Part shown: in pieces, positions 60,441-64,000 of the stretch | Position numbering within the stretch: position 1 is the stretch's first letter | Layout of the letters: every line of letters begins with the position of its first letter | From: Deltaproteobacteria bacterium | GTDB lineage: Bacteria; Desulfobacterota; Binatia; Binatales; Binataceae | Direction of reading: 5' to 3' | DNA: 64,000 nt | Assembly (NCBI GenBank): GCA_021817345.1 | Contig: JAKAVC010000159.1 | Location: forward strand, 1,247-65,246 | Program-made: the position numbers and the translations under genes | Notes under the pieces: generated by a model | Database searches by the model: none | Seen by the model: the letters and a program-made list of their open reading frames with translations, nothing else | What the model was told of the DNA's origin: nothing

Positions 60441-62972
60441 ATGGCTGAAATTATCGACCGTGGCGACTCCAATCTCACCGAAGAACTGAAACCCGCTGCG
60501 CCCGCTTCAGAGTTGGGAGTGTCCGAGCTGCGCGGCACAATCCCGCTCGGTCCCGACGAGTTGCTTCGCGCCGCAAGCGGCGGCAAAGCGGTGGAGCTTC
60601 TCGGGCAGGGGCGCGCCTTTGACGCCATCCGCATGGCGATCGGAATCGACGCGCCCGGCTACAACGTTTACGTGTGCGGAGTGCGCTCGCGCGAGGAACG
60701 CGAGTCGGTGCTCGGGCTTCTGCGCGAGCGGGCGGCGCGGATGCCGGTGCCGGGCGATTGGGTCTATGTGCATAATTTCCACGCGCCCGACGCTCCGCGC
60801 GCAATCTACCTCGCGGCCGGCAAGGGACCGGAGCTGCACGATCGGATGAACGAGCTGATTCGGTTCATTATCGAGCAGCTCCCCAAGGCCTTCCGGCGCG
60901 AGGACTTCGACCAGGAGCGCACCACGCTTCGCGACAAGTACAACAAGCGTGCGCAGGAACTGTTCGGCGGCCTCGAAGAGCGCGCCCGCGCCCGCGGTTT
61001 CGCGATCCAGAGCGCCCCGACCGGCCAGATAATCTTCATCCCGCTCATCGAGGGCCGGATGCCGGAATCGCCCGAGGAGCTTGCGCGCGCGATGTCGCAG
61101 AAGTCCGAGGAGGAGCGCGAAAACCTCGCCAAAGCCCAGGCGGAGCTCCAGGACGAACTCGCAAGCCTCCTGCTCAAACAGCAGGAACTGATGCGCGAGC
61201 TGGTCGAGGATATTCGGGCCATCGAGCGCGCCTTCGCGGCCCGGCTGATAAATCCCGCGGTCGAGGAGATGAAGCGCCACTTCGACAACCCTGCGGTCCA
61301 TTCCTACCTCGACGAGATCGCCGCCCACATGCTGAGCCATCTCGACCGCTTCCGCGAAACGGCTGAAACCCGAGGCGCGGAAAGTCCGGCGGCGCACGAC
61401 CGCGGTCCCGGCGACGGTCCCCGATGGGTCGAGTACCAGGTCAACGTGATCGTCGACAACTCGGGACTGAGCGGCGCTCCGGTCGTGCTGGAGGACGCAC
61501 CTTCATACCGGAATCTCTTCGGCACCATCGAGCGCTGGATCGACCCGTTCGGCCGCGCCGGCACCAACTTCATGCGTATCGTTGGCGGCTCGTTCCTGAA
61601 GGCCCATCGCGGCTTCCTGGTGCTCGACCTCGAAGACGCGATAATCGAACCCAACGTCTGGAAGACGCTCAAGCGAAGCCTCAAGTCGGGCCGTATGACG
61701 GTCGAGACCTTCGAGCCGTTTCCCTTCTTTTCGCTGAGCGGCCTTCGCCCCGAATCGATCGAGGTCAGCACCAAGGTGATCGTCCTGGGCGGGGCTTACC
61801 TGTACAACCTGCTCTATTTCTGGGACGCCGACTTCGCCGAGTTGTTCAAGGTCAAGGCGGAGATTCGCCCGGTCATCGACGCCGACAAGAACGCCGCTGC
61901 GCATTACGCGGCTCGGGTTGGCGCGCTCGTCAAGCGCGAAGGGCTGCCCGAGTTCGACGGCGAAGCGCTCGGCCGCGTGGTGCGTTTCGGGATGAGGATG
62001 GCGGGCGATCGCGCGCGGGTGGTCGCCGTGATGGAGCCGATCGACGATCTGGCGCGCGAGGCGGCCTACTTCGCGCAAAGCTCCGGCGCCAAAGGGGTTA
62101 AGGCCGAACACGTCGAGCGTGCGCTCACCGAACGGATGCTCAGGCTCAACTTCATCGAGGAGGAAATCCGAAGGCTCATCGCCAACGGCACGCTCGTCGT
62201 CCATCTGACGGGCAAGGCGCTCGGCCAGATAAACGGGCTCGCGGTGCTCGACGTCGGCGGCTACAGCTTCGGACGCCCGTCGCGTGTCACCGCGACGGTT
62301 GCCCTCGGCCAGGCCGGGCTTATCAATATCGAGCGCGAGGCGCGGCTGTCCGGCTCGACCCATGACAAGGGCGTCGCGATTCTGAGCGGCTTTCTGCGTT
62401 CCCGCTTCGGCCAGCAACATCCGGTCGCGATGACTGCGAGCATCTGCTTCGAGCAGTCCTACTCGGGTATCGACGGCGACAGCGCAAGCTCGACCGAACT
62501 CTACGCGCTGCTCTCGGCGCTGAGCGGAGTTCCGATACGCCAGGACCTGGCCGTGACCGGTTCGGTTGACCAGTACGGCGACGTGCAGGCCATTGGCGGG
62601 GTCAACGAAAAAGTCGAGGGATTCTATCGCGTATGCAAGGCCGTCGGCCTGACCGGCACGCAGGGCGTGCTCGTGCCGCGCAGCAATCTGTCCAACCTGA
62701 TGCTCGATCCGGAGACCACCGAAGCCGTCGAGAAGGGCGCGTTTCACATCTATCCGGTCGAGCGGATTGAACAGGGAATCGAGATTCTGACAGGCGTGCG
62801 TGCGGGCTCACTCGAAGAGCGGGGCACGATAAGCTATCTCGTCGATCAGAGGCTTAGAAAGATGGCCGAGGTGCTGCGCGAGCGCGCGGGAGGCGAGACT
62901 CGAATCGTCCACGAGACTGCGTCCACGCCGCCCGCGCCGAAACCGCCCTCGCCCCCGGAGCCTCCGCGATGA
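60441..62972 (+). CDS. Lon-like (S16) protease with degenerate AAA module (LonC-like)
   Basis: 843 aa. Ser-Lys dyad context DGDSAS (Ser codon 62481-62483) and GGVNEK (Lys codon 62610-62612). The Walker A position reads GVRSREERES (60678-60707). Confidence 0.8.
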   Translation: MAEIIDRGDSNLTEELKPAAPASELGVSELRGTIPLGPDELLRAASGGKAVELLGQGRAFDAIRMAIGIDAPGYNVYVCGVRSREERESVLGLLRERAARMPVPGDWVYVHNFHAPDAPRAIYLAAGKGPELHDRMNELIRFIIEQLPKAFRREDFDQERTTLRDKYNKRAQELFGGLEERARARGFAIQSAPTGQIIFIPLIEGRMPESPEELARAMSQKSEEERENLAKAQAELQDELASLLLKQQELMRELVEDIRAIERAFAARLINPAVEEMKRHFDNPAVHSYLDEIAAHMLSHLDRFRETAETRGAESPAAHDRGPGDGPRWVEYQVNVIVDNSGLSGAPVVLEDAPSYRNLFGTIERWIDPFGRAGTNFMRIVGGSFLKAHRGFLVLDLEDAIIEPNVWKTLKRSLKSGRMTVETFEPFPFFSLSGLRPESIEVSTKVIVLGGAYLYNLLYFWDADFAELFKVKAEIRPVIDADKNAAAHYAARVGALVKREGLPEFDGEALGRVVRFGMRMAGDRARVVAVMEPIDDLAREAAYFAQSSGAKGVKAEHVERALTERMLRLNFIEEEIRRLIANGTLVVHLTGKALGQINGLAVLDVGGYSFGRPSRVTATVALGQAGLINIEREARLSGSTHDKGVAILSGFLRSRFGQQHPVAMTASICFEQSYSGIDGDSASSTELYALLSALSGVPIRQDLAVTGSVDQYGDVQAIGGVNEKVEGFYRVCKAVGLTGTQGVLVPRSNLSNLMLDPETTEAVEKGAFHIYPVERIEQGIEILTGVRAGSLEERGTISYLVDQRLRKMAEVLRERAGGETRIVHETASTPPAPKPPSPPEPPR

Positions 62973-63015
62973 CGGCGCGCGGACGCGGCCTGATTTTTCC
63001 GATGGCGGAGACGCG

Positions 63016-64000
63016 ATGCCGATAGACCTGCGCCTTGACCCGGATGAGGTGCCGCTTCTCAACGATCTGTACGAATTCACGGTCAGCGCGGCCTTCTTCG
63101 AACGGGGGATGAACGCGCCGGCGTCGTTCGACGTCGGCGTAAGACGGCTTCCGCCCAATCGCGGCTTCATGGTGATGGCCGGCGTGGAGCGCGTGCTCGA
63201 AGTGCTCGAGGATTTTCATTTCGAGGAGTCGGCAATCGCGCACCTCGAATCCCTTGGGATCTTCAAAGCCGATTTCCTGGACTTCCTGCGCAAGCTTCGC
63301 TTCACGGGAACAGTTCGCGCGATGCGCGAGGGGAGCCTGTTCTTCGCAGGCGAAGTCGTGATGGAGGTGCGGGCGCCGCTGATAGAGGCGCAAATAATCG
63401 AGCCGATCGTCCTGAACCAGCTTGGGATCGCCTCGGTCCTCGCGACCAAGGCGGCGCGATGCTTCGCGGTTGGCCAGGGGCGGCGGCTTGTCGAGTTCGG
63501 GCTGAGGCGCGCGCAGGGCGCCGACGCGGGCCTCGTCGCGGCGCGCTCAAGCTATCTCGCGGGATTCCACGGCAGCTCCAACGTGCTTGCCGGGAAGCGC
63601 TACGGAATCCCGGTGTTCGGAACGATGAGCCACAGCTTCATCATGGCGCACGAGGGCGAACGCCGGGCGTTCGAGGATTTCGCGCGCAGTTTCCCGAAGC
63701 TGAGCACGATGCTGGTCGATACGTATGACACGCTCCGGGGCGTTCACAACACGGTGGATATCGCGCGCAAGCTCAAGGCCGACGGGATCAATATCCAGGC
63801 GATCAGGCTCGACAGCGGCAACCTGGAACAGTTGAGCAAGCAGTCGCGGCGAATCCTCGACGACGCCGGACTGCGCGAAGTCGCGATCTTCGCGAGCGGA
63901 AACCTCGACGAGTACAAGATTGCCGAACTGCTCGGCGCCGGCTCGCCGATCGACGCGTTCGGAATCGGCACCGCGCTCAGCACCAGCGACGACGCGCCCG
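63016..64000 (+). CDS. pncB: Nicotinate phosphoribosyltransferase (3-prime end outside window)
   Basis: Absent from the ORF track because it has no stop in the window. My translation is MPIDLRLDPDEVPLLNDLYEFTVSAAFFERG...FGTMSHSFIMAHE...MLVDTYDT... Confidence 0.85.
   Translation, partial: MPIDLRLDPDEVPLLNDLYEFTVSAAFFERGMNAPASFDVGVRRLPPNRGFMVMAGVERVLEVLEDFHFEESAIAHLESLGIFKADFLDFLRKLRFTGTVRAMREGSLFFAGEVVMEVRAPLIEAQIIEPIVLNQLGIASVLATKAARCFAVGQGRRLVEFGLRRAQGADAGLVAARSSYLAGFHGSSNVLAGKRYGIPVFGTMSHSFIMAHEGERRAFEDFARSFPKLSTMLVDTYDTLRGVHNTVDIARKLKADGINIQAIRLDSGNLEQLSKQSRRILDDAGLREVAIFASGNLDEYKIAELLGAGSPIDAFGIGTALSTSDDAP

Noticed and set aside
60441-62972. Possibility that the Lon-like gene is BrxL of a BREX defence system
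   Set aside because: No PglX-type methyltransferase, PglZ, BrxA, BrxB or BrxC genes lie nearby. The neighbours are stress proteins (Hsp20, USP) and pncB.

Overview
This 64-kb window is a high-GC bacterial chromosome segment with three parts.

(1) Positions 1-30539 hold one uninterrupted, co-directional array of 41 transcription and translation genes: rplK(partial)-rplA-rplJ-rplL-rpoB-rpoC-rpsL-rpsG-fusA-tuf-S10/spc/alpha operons-rplQ. It includes secY, adk, map, infA and a 37-aa rpmJ that the ORF track misses. It ends in a textbook intrinsic terminator.

(2) Positions 30.6-42.1 kb hold an orphan 84-aa ORF, then tldD and pmbA separated by a palindromic REP/MITE-like element. Next comes a small, compositionally atypical three-ORF islet: a C4 zinc-ribbon ORF, a 74-aa ORF and an HNH-fold ORF with substituted catalytic residues. 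After it lie a form-II-type (AYRGAGR) coxS-L-M-G molybdenum hydroxylase operon and clpB.

(3) Positions 42.3-64 kb hold a cupredoxin plus monoheme cytochrome c pair next to a czcCBA-type HME-RND efflux system, and an SMP-30/gluconolactonase-like gene. A minus-strand envelope-lipid block follows: ggt, an ArnT-like GT-C transferase, a UPF0104 flippase-like protein, an hpnJ-like B12 radical-SAM enzyme, an hpnI-like glycosyltransferase and a DMT permease. The window ends with a crotonase, a stress module (USP, Hsp20, and a Lon-like protease with a degenerate Walker A) and a 3-prime-truncated pncB.

I recognised no rRNA, tRNA, CRISPR array, transposase or integrase.

The best candidates for something undescribed are the 34.07-34.97 kb islet and the unusual gene company of the hpnI/hpnJ-like pair. 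Both are hypotheses that need database and experimental checks. Many very long antisense ORFs in the track are high-GC artefacts and were rejected.
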